Shown here in pieces: positions 20,281 to 30,251 of a stretch of 64,000 nt of DNA. The translations under genes were made by a program, and so were the position numbers. The DNA is from a virus. Location of the stretch: positions 32,001-96,000 of IMG/VR virus record IMGVR_UViG_3300042923_001459; one strand, written 5' to 3'. A model generated the notes under the pieces. The model searched no databases. It was given only the letters and a program-made list of their open reading frames with translations, and had not been told where the DNA came from. The stretch's first letter is position 1; the number at the start of each line of letters is the position of its first letter.

Positions 20281-21145
20281 TATAAAAACCGTCCTTCATT
20301 AGCTTTTTAATAAAGCTATAAAACTCGAGGTCAGTAAATATTTCTCTTGCAGCCTTCCAATTGAGTTGAATTTCACAGTCATCGAAGGTATAAGGAACCG
20401 GAACATCCCGTCGAATAGTTACAAGTTCTAATGTTTTGCTTGCATTTGGTGCCCAAGCTCTAACATTTTCACCAATTTTACCTTTAATAGCTCCAGCATT
20501 TTCAACAACACCATCAAGAGAACCATATTCTTTAAGAAGTTTGATTCCTGTTTTTTGGCCGCATTTTTCAATACCCTTAACATTATCTCCACCATCACCC
20601 ATTAAAGCTTTAAGTTCTGCAAATTGTTCAACTTTAATATCATACTCAGTTTCAAATGCTTCACGAGTATAAAATTTCATATTAGAAGTACCTGTTAATG
20701 GAAACATTACTGTTGTGTTATCATCAATCAATTGAAAACTATCTTTATCACCAGTAAAAATATAAGTCTTATCAGCTTCAGTGATATTAGCATAAGTACC
20801 AAGAACATCATCTGCTTCATAGCCAGGAATGCCAACATGTTTAATGCCAATTAAAGTTAAGATAGATTTAATGTCTTCAAATTGACTATATAATCCTTCT
20901 GATTTAGAAGAATCACGATTAGCTTTATATGTTTCATCAATACCTGTTCTAAAGTTAGCTTTTCCTACATCCCATCCAATAACAACGTGAGTAGCTCTTA
21001 CCATTTTCATAGCACTATCAAGCATTGTGAAAAACCTGTAAGTTCCTCCAGTTTCTCTACCGCCAGAAGTTGTCATTACTGGTGGTACAAAAGCTCCCCT
21101 ACAAGCAATTGAGTTACCGTCTACGATTAAAAGTACTTTTTCCAT
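20267..21145 (-). CDS. 5'-3' exonuclease / flap endonuclease (Pol I N-terminal-like)
   Basis: IVDGNS, YKANR, YEADD, TGDKDSFQL, LMGDGGDNVKGI. Confidence 0.93.
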   Translation of the reverse strand: MEKVLLIVDGNSIACRGAFVPPVMTTSGGRETGGTYRFFTMLDSAMKMVRATHVVIGWDVGKANFRTGIDETYKANRDSSKSEGLYSQFEDIKSILTLIGIKHVGIPGYEADDVLGTYANITEADKTYIFTGDKDSFQLIDDNTTVMFPLTGTSNMKFYTREAFETEYDIKVEQFAELKALMGDGGDNVKGIEKCGQKTGIKLLKEYGSLDGVVENAGAIKGKIGENVRAWAPNASKTLELVTIRRDVPVPYTFDDCEIQLNWKAAREIFTDLEFYSFIKKLMKDGFYNGQG

Positions 21146-21160
21146 TTTTGTATCCTCCAG

Positions 21161-21355
21161 TTAGCTACTTACGATTTCTATATTTTCTTTCATCCAAGCA
21201 AATACTTTTTCTCTAAATTCCGTATCATTGGGTCCCCATTGAATTGCGAGATTCATAATATCTAACGGAATAGAATCAATAATGTCGTCAATTTGATTTT
21301 GACTTGGTTTTTCTCCAATAATATCGACAAAACAATCATTAATTGTATTTTTCAT
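21161..21355 (-). CDS. hypothetical protein (MKNTINDC...)
   Basis: ATG overlaps the NAD kinase stop (ATGA); start revised from the track. Confidence 0.6.
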   Translation of the reverse strand: MKNTINDCFVDIIGEKPSQNQIDDIIDSIPLDIMNLAIQWGPNDTEFREKVFAWMKENIEIVSS

Positions 21356-22137
21356 ACAAATGACTCCTTTACGCGATTCCAAAAAGTATGTCTTTTGCAT
21401 CTAGCAAATCTAATCTTCTTATTTGAAACTCTTAATTTCAATTTTGAAAAATTATCAGCTATCACAGTATGGTCTGCACCAAGAACCAACTCATCGCTAT
21501 CTCCTTCAATGTGAATTTCTAGAGTGTGATGCTTTGGTAAAATGATAGAAGAACCAATAGTTCTAAACACGTTGTTGTTTACTGACGCCATCTCTGATAA
21601 TTGTATAGCTTCCAATGAAGGATGAACAATTGATCCATTTAGAGCTTTATTGTAAGCAGTACTTCCAGATGGAGTTGATATACATAAACCATCACCTCTG
21701 AAATTTTCGAAATGATCACCATTGATGTATACACTGCATATTAAAGATTTTTTAGGACTTTTCAAATAAATTTCATTTACAGCCAAGTACTCAAGTTCTT
21801 CTTCACCATCATTAAATGTCAACTCAACAAGTGGATATTCAACAATGGTTGGTTCATCATTGATTAAATGGTTAAGTAGTTCTTCAAAATCAGCTTGTTT
21901 CCAATCAGTATAGAAACCCAAGTGACCAGTATGTAAACCAACAAAAGCTACTTTGTCAAGAGAATCACTATATTTGTGGAATGCATGTAGCATAGTTCCA
22001 TCCCCGCCAATACTCAACACAATATCAGGTGTACCATAAGTTTGCCACCCAGCATATTTTAATCTATCTCTTATGGCATTTGCTAATCCGTCAGAAAGAA
22101 TGTCACCACGACTAACAATATCGAATTTTTTAATCAT
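21352..22137 (-). CDS. nadK: NAD kinase
   Basis: SIGGDGTML, HTGHLGFY, NE, GDGLCISTPSGSTAY. Confidence 0.95.
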   Translation of the reverse strand: MIKKFDIVSRGDILSDGLANAIRDRLKYAGWQTYGTPDIVLSIGGDGTMLHAFHKYSDSLDKVAFVGLHTGHLGFYTDWKQADFEELLNHLINDEPTIVEYPLVELTFNDGEEELEYLAVNEIYLKSPKKSLICSVYINGDHFENFRGDGLCISTPSGSTAYNKALNGSIVHPSLEAIQLSEMASVNNNVFRTIGSSIILPKHHTLEIHIEGDSDELVLGADHTVIADNFSKLKLRVSNKKIRFARCKRHTFWNRVKESFV

Positions 22138-22230
22138 TTATCTTTACCTTCCCATCTTTTTTTAATTATTATATGATAAAAAGGGACTGAGTTTTACTCA
22201 ATAAAAAAATAGTAGGTTTTATCCTACTAC

Positions 22231-22920
22231 TTAATTGGTGTAATCATAAGTTTCAAAATCAAGTAAGACACCTTTTTTATTTGAAATTGATTTTTTACAA
22301 GTATCTATTAGTCTTTCTAATGCAGCTTTCATTAATGGTTCTCTACCATATGTACCAAGTTTTGTTTCAATAGCACATAGTACAGTTTCGTGTATGCCGG
22401 ATTCCATATAGTTACCGCTTGAATCGAGTATACCTGAATTATTATTGTGTTTGTAACCCATTTTAATTGGGCTTTCACCGAGATTTGGATCATATATAAC
22501 TACTGGAGAAGGGTTGCTTTTTCCTGCATTCCATCCCTCTTGAGATTTAGTAAATAACATAACAAACGTCCATTCATTTGACCACTTACTCAAAATATCT
22601 TCCAATTCATCTAGAAGAGATTTAGTTTTATCGAAATCAACGTAGACGTCATTGTTGGCGGTGTACATAAAGGTTGGATACTTACTACCCATTAACCTCA
22701 AATTATCAAGACCTTTAGCATTACCGCCACCAATGATGTGTTCTAAATTATACCAAATGGTATCCATTAGATTATAGAGAAGTGGTGGTGAAATCGTAAT
22801 TTTTTCCCATAGCTGATTGTCAATTTCATCAGCAATTCTAGCCATGTTAGCGCGAATATCACGATCTTGAATTCCTTCATCTCTTAGCATTTTTAAAATC
22901 TTACTCGTAAAATCTTCCAT
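22231..22920 (-). CDS. hypothetical protein
   Basis: 229-aa ORF followed by hairpin at 22210-22230. Confidence 0.65.
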   Translation of the reverse strand: MEDFTSKILKMLRDEGIQDRDIRANMARIADEIDNQLWEKITISPPLLYNLMDTIWYNLEHIIGGGNAKGLDNLRLMGSKYPTFMYTANNDVYVDFDKTKSLLDELEDILSKWSNEWTFVMLFTKSQEGWNAGKSNPSPVVIYDPNLGESPIKMGYKHNNNSGILDSSGNYMESGIHETVLCAIETKLGTYGREPLMKAALERLIDTCKKSISNKKGVLLDFETYDYTN

Positions 22921-22963
22921 ACTAAGGACACAAAAATCGTATCCTCACACCTTCCTTTCTCTT

Positions 22964-23281
22964 TTAGAGTAGGGGATTCTTGCTGTCTTTCTTGATACCA
23001 AATACTTCATTCACTACTTCAGAAGCAGCAGATAGAGCAGCACCAGCAATAATTGTAAAGAATACTTCGCTTGCATAGAAAGTTTCAGGTAGATCACCAT
23101 TGATAGATTCAACTATTTTCTCCAAAGAATCAATCTTCTTCTCAATTTCAATTAAGCGAGCCTTGATTTCTTTTTCCTCGTCAGTCAATTCTATTTGCAC
23201 ATCTGGTTGTTGTTTCGACTTTGAAGCTCCTGGAAGGAGAACCAATTTCGATTTTAAGTCCTTGTCATCTTTATTGCTCAT
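22964..23281 (-). CDS. hypothetical coiled-coil protein with hydrophobic C-terminal segment
   Basis: RBS GAGGGG. Confidence 0.6.
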   Translation of the reverse strand: MSNKDDKDLKSKLVLLPGASKSKQQPDVQIELTDEEKEIKARLIEIEKKIDSLEKIVESINGDLPETFYASEVFFTIIAGAALSAASEVVNEVFGIKKDSKNPLL

Positions 23282-23427
23282 ATAATGACCCCCTCGAGAG
23301 AAGCTAGTAAAGCCCTCTCAAGGAATAAATATCGTTATATTTGATAATTATTACTTAGCACCCTGTGAACGGTTTTAATGCTTTTTTAAACTTTTTTCTT
23401 CATAAGAAGAACTCAATAAACCCAATA

Positions 23428-24189
23428 TCAATTATCTTGTAATACCCAAAACTTAAGTTGCTTGTTACCAAGTTTTAAGGCTTCTTGCGTAGTTGAGACG
23501 CATATGTCGACTCTGTATTTTCCTTTAATAGCTCCTCCGGTGTCTTGGGCAATTACCACACCGAATCCTTCTACATAGAACTTTGTACCGAGTTCCCAAT
23601 AACGAGTATCTACCGCTATCGTCACTCCTGGTTGCGCTTTTGCACCAGAGGCAGTTTTGCCTGTGCATCCAACACATTTCGGAGTATAGAATGAAGCATT
23701 AAAAACACCAGTGGGTTGGGTGTTTTCTATTTCATTGATGTTGTTGGTCTGGATAGGTTTCACTTTAGCCACATTTGAAGAATCAACAGAAAGATTCTTA
23801 AGTGTATTAGCTTGTTTCTCACTACCCAAGGCTATTGTTAGCCGTTTTTTTTCCAGGGCGTCACGGCGTTCCCTGTATTTTTTTGTTAAATCCTCATTAT
23901 CTACTGTTAATTGTTGTATACTTTGTTCTTGTAATGCGACCTTACTTTTTAAATCTTCAATTATCTGTTTATTAGCCGTAGATTCTTGCTTGATGATTTC
24001 AAACTGACCAACTACTTCATTCAACTGTCTCGATCTCTCTGTTAAGTCTTTGCCCATTACCCACATACTAAGTGAGGAAAACAGAATCAACGCTGCACTG
24101 CCAATCGCAACGATATAAAATTTCTTTCGTGAAACTGGTAATGCATTTGGGTTTAATTGAGTTCTCCTATTGGCTGCCGGGTTTTTCAT
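23428..24189 (-). CDS. membrane-anchored coiled-coil protein with C-terminal 3D domain (cell-wall lytic transglycosylase-like)
   Basis: N-terminal TM; GKTASG, TIAVD, AQDTGGAIKG, RVDI. Confidence 0.85.
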   Translation of the reverse strand: MKNPAANRRTQLNPNALPVSRKKFYIVAIGSAALILFSSLSMWVMGKDLTERSRQLNEVVGQFEIIKQESTANKQIIEDLKSKVALQEQSIQQLTVDNEDLTKKYRERRDALEKKRLTIALGSEKQANTLKNLSVDSSNVAKVKPIQTNNINEIENTQPTGVFNASFYTPKCVGCTGKTASGAKAQPGVTIAVDTRYWELGTKFYVEGFGVVIAQDTGGAIKGKYRVDICVSTTQEALKLGNKQLKFWVLQDN

Positions 24190-24541
24190 ACAGCACCTCC
24201 ATAGGATGTTTGTGAATCATTTTTTATTTTATGATTATAAATGTCAAATATTAACTGCTAATGTCGAGACGTAAGTGTCTCTAGGATGTCCTCTAATTCA
24301 CGTAGTGCATTGATATCAGTGATATCTATGAATCAATGGTTATTCACAGGGTGCATCTATAAATATAAGATCTATTATATAAGAATATAAATAAAGAAAT
24401 ATAGAGAAAGATAAGAGAGAGAGGGAAGCAAGTTCCCTGTGCAATTAATGTTTTTACGTCTCGAATTCAGTCGTGTTACTATTTGATATTTGAACTTTAA
24501 TAGGTTTAACCATGACTTATATTCTAGTTTTATCCTTGCAT

Positions 24542-25042
24542 CTACTTACCCTTAACTGCTCTCAACAAGTTTACGTAATCAAGAAAAGCTTTCAACTCTT
24601 TACCTTCAATTCTACTAACATTTAACTTGTTGTTCTTAAGAGGACCGCTATTTTGTATTTTGTGTATCAGATAAGAGTTTGGAAAAAAGCGATACTCATA
24701 AATCCCAAACTTTTTAAAATCAACAAGAAATGCAACCCAAACTTTCTTACCTGTGTTTGCTTCTTTTTTTGCATAAGCTTCAACGTGACTCTTGTTTATA
24801 AGTAAACAATTTTCAGGTTCAATACCTGTATGCTGCATTGACCACATAAACTCAGATTCTAGATACTTACTGTCTACGTACATTTCATCGTACACAAGTT
24901 CAATATCAATATCCTTCACATCTTCTTCGTTGTTGAGTTTTGATGGAACACCATTAAGATTTAATAACTCAACTAATAAATCTTCTTTGTCATTGCCAAT
25001 CTTTAATTTTTCTTCAAAGCTTCTACTATCTGATTGATACAA
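24542..25042 (-). CDS. hypothetical protein, possible PD-(D/E)XK fold
   Basis: G..KE...DIDIE....YVDSK pattern. Confidence 0.5.
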   Translation of the reverse strand: MYQSDSRSFEEKLKIGNDKEDLLVELLNLNGVPSKLNNEEDVKDIDIELVYDEMYVDSKYLESEFMWSMQHTGIEPENCLLINKSHVEAYAKKEANTGKKVWVAFLVDFKKFGIYEYRFFPNSYLIHKIQNSGPLKNNKLNVSRIEGKELKAFLDYVNLLRAVKGK

Positions 25043-25366
25043 GTTTATTCACATCCCTTTAAAAAGTTAATATTATTAAGCGTTAAAATATGAATCGAGT
25101 ATATTGTATGAAATTTAGCAGCTATGTTTAAATTTTATGTAAATAAGTTACGTGATTAAAAATGTTCAATTTTTGATTCTGTGGCGATATTTACATCAAT
25201 ATGAATGAAATAACACAGTATGTATATTTTCAAACCTCAGTTGAAATCATGTACCTAAATAATAATCATTTCCATCAGTAAAAGATGCGGAATATGTTCA
25301 CCGTCTGGTATAATCTGGTTTTTGACAAAAAAATACCCATCTTTTAATGAGATGGGATATCAGGAC

Positions 25367-25750
25367 TTATTTTTTTATATCCATAATTTTATCAATCATT
25401 TCTTCAGAAACTGCATCAGTTATGTCAAGCTCAATCTCAACACCATTTTGCACAAATAGTTGTACAGCAATTGTTACGCAATTAGAACAAATAAGGGGTT
25501 CATTTTTTTCACTTAAAGAAACTACTGGTTTTTCGTTAGTTCCAATAGTTCCACAAAATGAACACGAATGAAATGAACTTTGCAAACCTTCAAGTCCAGC
25601 AGTTCCTCCATATAGTGGTAAAATTTGTCCATCTTCAAATTCAACAAAAGTCATTTGTCCATCTTGTTTGATGTCCTTTACTGGTTGTTTCATTAATATT
25701 GTAAGTTCTTTTATTCTTTCCTCATCTAACATATCACATCTTCCTTCCAA
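25367..25750 (-). CDS. protein with ClpX-type C4 zinc finger
   Basis: CSFCG...ICSNCV matches the ClpX N-domain pattern; no AAA+ domain. Confidence 0.7.
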   Translation of the reverse strand: MEGRCDMLDEERIKELTILMKQPVKDIKQDGQMTFVEFEDGQILPLYGGTAGLEGLQSSFHSCSFCGTIGTNEKPVVSLSEKNEPLICSNCVTIAVQLFVQNGVEIELDITDAVSEEMIDKIMDIKK

Positions 25751-26003
25751 GTATAGAATTTAACATTGAATCAACTTGGTTAGAACCATTTGAGTTCTTT
25801 AAAATGGTCTGTGTTACTGTTAATTCATTAAGCACTCTAGAAAGTTGAAGCATAATTGAACTAGCTTCTATTAGATTTTCAAACTTATAGTTCTTGTCAT
25901 TTCTATTATCTTCCATAGAACACTTACGAGACAACAATTCTATTTGTTTTACTATGGCATTTATAGCTAAATCAATTTGATCTTGCTGCGACTCCAAACT
26001 CAT
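25734..26003 (-). CDS. hypothetical helical protein
   Basis: RBS AAGGGAAG. Confidence 0.6.
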   Translation of the reverse strand: MSLESQQDQIDLAINAIVKQIELLSRKCSMEDNRNDKNYKFENLIEASSIMLQLSRVLNELTVTQTILKNSNGSNQVDSMLNSILGRKM

Positions 26004-26018
26004 TTTTAACTTCCCTTC

Positions 26019-26774
26019 TTACTTGTTGTTAAAAGTTTTAATAAAACATCCAGTATATTCATTGACGCTACTATCATTGCGTGTTATTTTAGCAGAAATA
26101 ACGTCATAATCCAAAACATCACTAGTGTTTAAAATAATATTAACTAAATCAGTAGAAATTACATATGAAATTATCTTTGAAAGTTTAACATCAGTATTAT
26201 CATCAAAAACAACAATTAATTTGTTCGTAATTAAATCAAATCTAATGTTGCCAAAATGAGTTCCGTCCTTAACAATATCTGCTTCTACTATAGATGTTTT
26301 TAATATATCATATTCAAAGACTTCATCATTGTAAACAAGGAATTTACCAATAATATCTGAAGCATTACCCTGAATATTTAATTTAAAATTCTTAAAAAGA
26401 GATAAATCAATACTTTTTAAAGAACTTTCATCCTGTAGCACTGAAAATCCAATATTTATTTTGTTATTTTCAATCACTGAAGCAAAAATTCTTGAAAAAG
26501 CTAAACTAGCACAATTAAAACACCAGTAAGTATTTCTAACTTCATCAATTAAAAGCTTATCTAAAAATCCATCAACATTGTTTTTGTAGTAGAAATCTTG
26601 CGCTCCTAAATTTTGATGTTGTGCAAATCCCCATCCATTATGAAGAGATAAAGGTGATAATATTCCTTGTTTCATTTGACTTTCTACACCTTCACAAAAA
26701 ATGCAAACAATTGCATCTTCACCATTTGCGTTAGCTGCGATCAAGTTTCTACTTTGTATAGGTTTTGAAATCAT
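26019..26774 (-). CDS. hypothetical protein with two CxxC motifs
   Basis: CIFC...CFNC. Confidence 0.6.
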   Translation of the reverse strand: MISKPIQSRNLIAANANGEDAIVCIFCEGVESQMKQGILSPLSLHNGWGFAQHQNLGAQDFYYKNNVDGFLDKLLIDEVRNTYWCFNCASLAFSRIFASVIENNKINIGFSVLQDESSLKSIDLSLFKNFKLNIQGNASDIIGKFLVYNDEVFEYDILKTSIVEADIVKDGTHFGNIRFDLITNKLIVVFDDNTDVKLSKIISYVISTDLVNIILNTSDVLDYDVISAKITRNDSSVNEYTGCFIKTFNNK

Positions 26775-26791
26775 AACAATTCAACTCCAAA

Positions 26792-27088
26792 TTACTTCTT
26801 TTTCTTTTGTTTTTCTAATTCTTTAATTTGATCATCTGTCAGAGTCTTAAGTTGTTTCGTATCATCACCATCTATATCGGACTGATGTTTAATGATTACT
26901 TTGTAACCTGCAGCGCCAAGCAATTGCTTTGCTAATTGTAGTGAAATTTCTGCGTCTTCATTTTTCAAACGAGAAATCCAAGACTTAGAAACATCAGCTT
27001 TTTTGGCAAATTGAGTAACAGTAATACCGTTTTGATAGCAATAAGTTCTTACGATTCTTATAATATCTTTTGTGGTAGGTTGAATCAT
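26792..27088 (-). CDS. XRE-family helix-turn-helix protein
   Basis: GITVTQFAKKADVSKSWISRLKN. Confidence 0.85.
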   Translation of the reverse strand: MIQPTTKDIIRIVRTYCYQNGITVTQFAKKADVSKSWISRLKNEDAEISLQLAKQLLGAAGYKVIIKHQSDIDGDDTKQLKTLTDDQIKELEKQKKKK

Positions 27089-27187
27089 GAACTACAACTC
27101 CTTTTTTTATATAGATAAAATAATTGATTTGCTTAATAATAACAAAAAAAATCAAAAACCCTACACAACGTAGGGTTATACATATTG

Positions 27188-29743
27188 TTATACAACTGAT
27201 TTGTTCTTCTGCCTAAAGTCTGTTAACTTCGGTAAGAGCTCGTTATACCATTTTTCCTCATCTTGATGATTATAATCTCTCTTAGTATTGTTGAGCGTAA
27301 TTTCGGGGAACCAACCCATAGCAACAGCCTTGTTAAATGTATATTCTGCTACTGGGTTTATGAATGTTCTACCAAGTCTCCAATTTTGATATTGAGAATT
27401 GTATTCTTCTGAAAATGTTTTATATAAGAGCATAGCAACTCCATTTTTTCTATATTGCTCTTGTACTTCAACATAATTAATGTAGATGTATTCATGTTCA
27501 GGATAGATTTCATACTTCATATCTCCAAGCATTTCTCCATCTCTAAAGATCTCAATTTTACGTCCTCTATTATTAATTTCTTTTTTCTGAACATCAATTG
27601 GACCAACTGCAACTTCGGATGCAAATTTACGCAATCTGTAATCATTACCTTTAGCCCAATATTCAGGACCTTTATACTGTTCTGGCAACTTATTACGTAA
27701 GTCATTCCAAACTTCGTCTGGGTTTGTTTTAAGGCTTTTATTATATCGATCTCTCTTCACATACTTATCATCTATTGAAGTTTCATTTATCCAACCTAAA
27801 CTTACAGCTTTTCTAAATGCATATTCAGCTATTGGATTAATATAGTATCTAGAAACCGGCCAATCACTAAAGTTAGAATTGTAGATTTCACCAAACTTTT
27901 TGTAAAGTAGTTGTCCAACACCATAACTTCTATATTCTTCCTTTACTTGGACTTCATCTACGTGAATAATATTGCTGCCAGGTGGTAAATCCCTAAGACT
28001 TCTATTGTTTTCGTGAATATATTTAGGGTTTTCAACATTGTAAAAAGCTGAAAAATACATATTTCCAATATTAATACCATTAGATAATTTAGCGTTTATT
28101 GAATAGTCAACTTGTTTTTCGGCACCAACATAATCTCCATCTTCTTCTGACTCAGTATAAGATAGTACAATGTTTCTCATATCAATTTCTGACAAATCAG
28201 CTAATTTAAATAGTTTTTTCAATCTAGAACTACCTCTATACATTGGAGGAAGTTTCTTTCTCAAATCCTTCCAAAGCGTTTTATCTTTTTTATCATAATT
28301 GCGCTTTAATTTATCATCATTTAAAGCCCATCCAGAAATCCACCCTAATGAAATAGCTTTACGATAAGAATATTCAGCTATAGGGTTATGAAAATCTACA
28401 GAAACTGGGAGACGATCAAATTGTTGTTGATAAATTTCACCAAATTTCTGAAGAAGTAATTGACCAATACCAAGGCTTTGATATTGTTCAGTAACTTTAA
28501 TTAAATCGATATGAACTTTATCTCTTCCTGCATAGGCACTATTTGTATCATAAACGTAAGCTGTAAATCTTATGCTTCCCACTTCTTCACCATTAAGTTG
28601 TGCATAAACCATGTGGGTGTCCATTGTTAAGCCATTGTCATAAGTTGAACTACCAATAGAACCTCCATCTTCAAGTATTATGCCAGACCTAATATCGGTC
28701 ACGCTTAGATCTGAAGCTAGTTTACGTAAATCTTTTTTCATACTAGCCTCCGGCCCTCTAACATGTTCTGGAAGTTTTTGTCTTAAATCATTCCAAAGCG
28801 CTTTATTTTTTGTACTATAGTCACGAATTATCTTTTCTTCAGAAAGAGCCATATCTGGAACCCAGCCAAGAGATACTGCTTTTCTAAAGGAATATTCAGC
28901 AACAGGATTTACAAATTGTCTACCAACTGCCCAACCATTAAATTGTTCAGTGTACATCTCACCAAATTTTTTGTAAAGCATTTGGCCTACGCCAGCTCCT
29001 TCAAAATATTGTTGCACATACAAAAACGAAACATATAATTCTGGTTCAGTATAATCTTTAGCTTCTTCTTTTGGAACATACTTTGAAAAATCCAAATAAC
29101 CAATTTGACTTCCAGCGTACATAGCGGAAATTTCATAACTAGATCTAAGTGTTTGTCCCCAGTCTTTTTCTTCACTAGGACCAGAAACTTCAAATTGAAT
29201 ACCTTGTCGTAAGTCAATTTTTTCATCATCACTTATGGCAATTTTTTTCAATCTTGAAAATCTACTAGCATGTAAATTTTCTGGTAATTTTTGTTTTAAG
29301 TCATTCCATTGTTGCTCTTTTTTATCATCATAACTTCTAGTTGTTCTCTCTGGAGTATAAGCTTGATTTGGTACCCAACCTTGATCTACTGCTTTTTTAA
29401 AAGAATATTCAGCAATGGGACTCTCAAAGTGTCTTTCAACTTCCCAGTCCATAAAGTTTTGGCTATACACTTCACCAAATTTTTTGTAAAGCATACCACT
29501 AATTCCAGTTCCACGATACTCAGATTCAACTTTGATATAAGCAAGGTATAGAATATCTTCCTCGTTGCCATTTTCATCTAGTTGCGAAACTTGATTGAAA
29601 TCTAAAGCGCCAATTTCGCCTCCATTGTACATAGCTTCAATTCTATGCATAGTCATGTAGTATCCATCTTCAGGATCACTATCACTACCAACATTAGGTG
29701 AGTAATCAATTCTAACTTTTCTAATGTCAAACTGATCAGACAT
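27188..29743 (-). CDS. five-unit tandem GNAT acetyltransferase-like protein
   Basis: Five motif-A segments (YRGTGIS, FEGAGVG, YQSLGIG, YRSYGVG, YRKNGVA), each followed by an NPxAEY.F.KAV-type block. Confidence 0.8.
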   Translation of the reverse strand: MSDQFDIRKVRIDYSPNVGSDSDPEDGYYMTMHRIEAMYNGGEIGALDFNQVSQLDENGNEEDILYLAYIKVESEYRGTGISGMLYKKFGEVYSQNFMDWEVERHFESPIAEYSFKKAVDQGWVPNQAYTPERTTRSYDDKKEQQWNDLKQKLPENLHASRFSRLKKIAISDDEKIDLRQGIQFEVSGPSEEKDWGQTLRSSYEISAMYAGSQIGYLDFSKYVPKEEAKDYTEPELYVSFLYVQQYFEGAGVGQMLYKKFGEMYTEQFNGWAVGRQFVNPVAEYSFRKAVSLGWVPDMALSEEKIIRDYSTKNKALWNDLRQKLPEHVRGPEASMKKDLRKLASDLSVTDIRSGIILEDGGSIGSSTYDNGLTMDTHMVYAQLNGEEVGSIRFTAYVYDTNSAYAGRDKVHIDLIKVTEQYQSLGIGQLLLQKFGEIYQQQFDRLPVSVDFHNPIAEYSYRKAISLGWISGWALNDDKLKRNYDKKDKTLWKDLRKKLPPMYRGSSRLKKLFKLADLSEIDMRNIVLSYTESEEDGDYVGAEKQVDYSINAKLSNGINIGNMYFSAFYNVENPKYIHENNRSLRDLPPGSNIIHVDEVQVKEEYRSYGVGQLLYKKFGEIYNSNFSDWPVSRYYINPIAEYAFRKAVSLGWINETSIDDKYVKRDRYNKSLKTNPDEVWNDLRNKLPEQYKGPEYWAKGNDYRLRKFASEVAVGPIDVQKKEINNRGRKIEIFRDGEMLGDMKYEIYPEHEYIYINYVEVQEQYRKNGVAMLLYKTFSEEYNSQYQNWRLGRTFINPVAEYTFNKAVAMGWFPEITLNNTKRDYNHQDEEKWYNELLPKLTDFRQKNKSVV

Positions 29744-29762
29744 TTATTACACCCTCTTTTGA

Positions 29763-30251
29763 TTAAGAATATTTAAGTTTTCTTTTTAGTCTTTTAGCAC
29801 CTCTATATTGTTCAGGCACCTTTTCTCTTAAATCTTGCCATTGTTGTTTTTGTTGATCGTCGTAATTTCTATTTACGTTGTTTTCATCTAAGGCTGAAGA
29901 TGGTATCAATCCACCAGAAATTAAATTTCTAAATGCTAATTCAAATTCTGGATCGTGAAAGTTTAAAATTACCTTCCAACCCGTGTAATTAGCTTCAAAT
30001 TCCTTACCAAATTCATCCATTAACATTTCTTCTAAATCATAATCTCTGTATTTTTCACTAATAAGACATTCATCTACGGATAAAACACCTTTAGATGCTT
30101 CTGTAAATTCAACGTGACCAACTTCTTTGCCGTTATAGATAGACGAAATTCTATGATCTTTTGAACCAAAAGTACCTTGATGATCAAAATAAATTTGAGC
30201 TTGAAACTGTTCTATGTTTGACGGTGCTGCAACCTTTCTAAGTTTACTCAT
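29763..30251 (-). CDS. single degenerate GNAT-like unit (MSKLRKVA...)
   Basis: Homologous to neighbouring repeats; ATG at 30251 has RBS AAGGGTGA and overlaps the upstream gene end; start revised from the track. Confidence 0.7.
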   Translation of the reverse strand: MSKLRKVAAPSNIEQFQAQIYFDHQGTFGSKDHRISSIYNGKEVGHVEFTEASKGVLSVDECLISEKYRDYDLEEMLMDEFGKEFEANYTGWKVILNFHDPEFELAFRNLISGGLIPSSALDENNVNRNYDDQQKQQWQDLREKVPEQYRGAKRLKRKLKYS

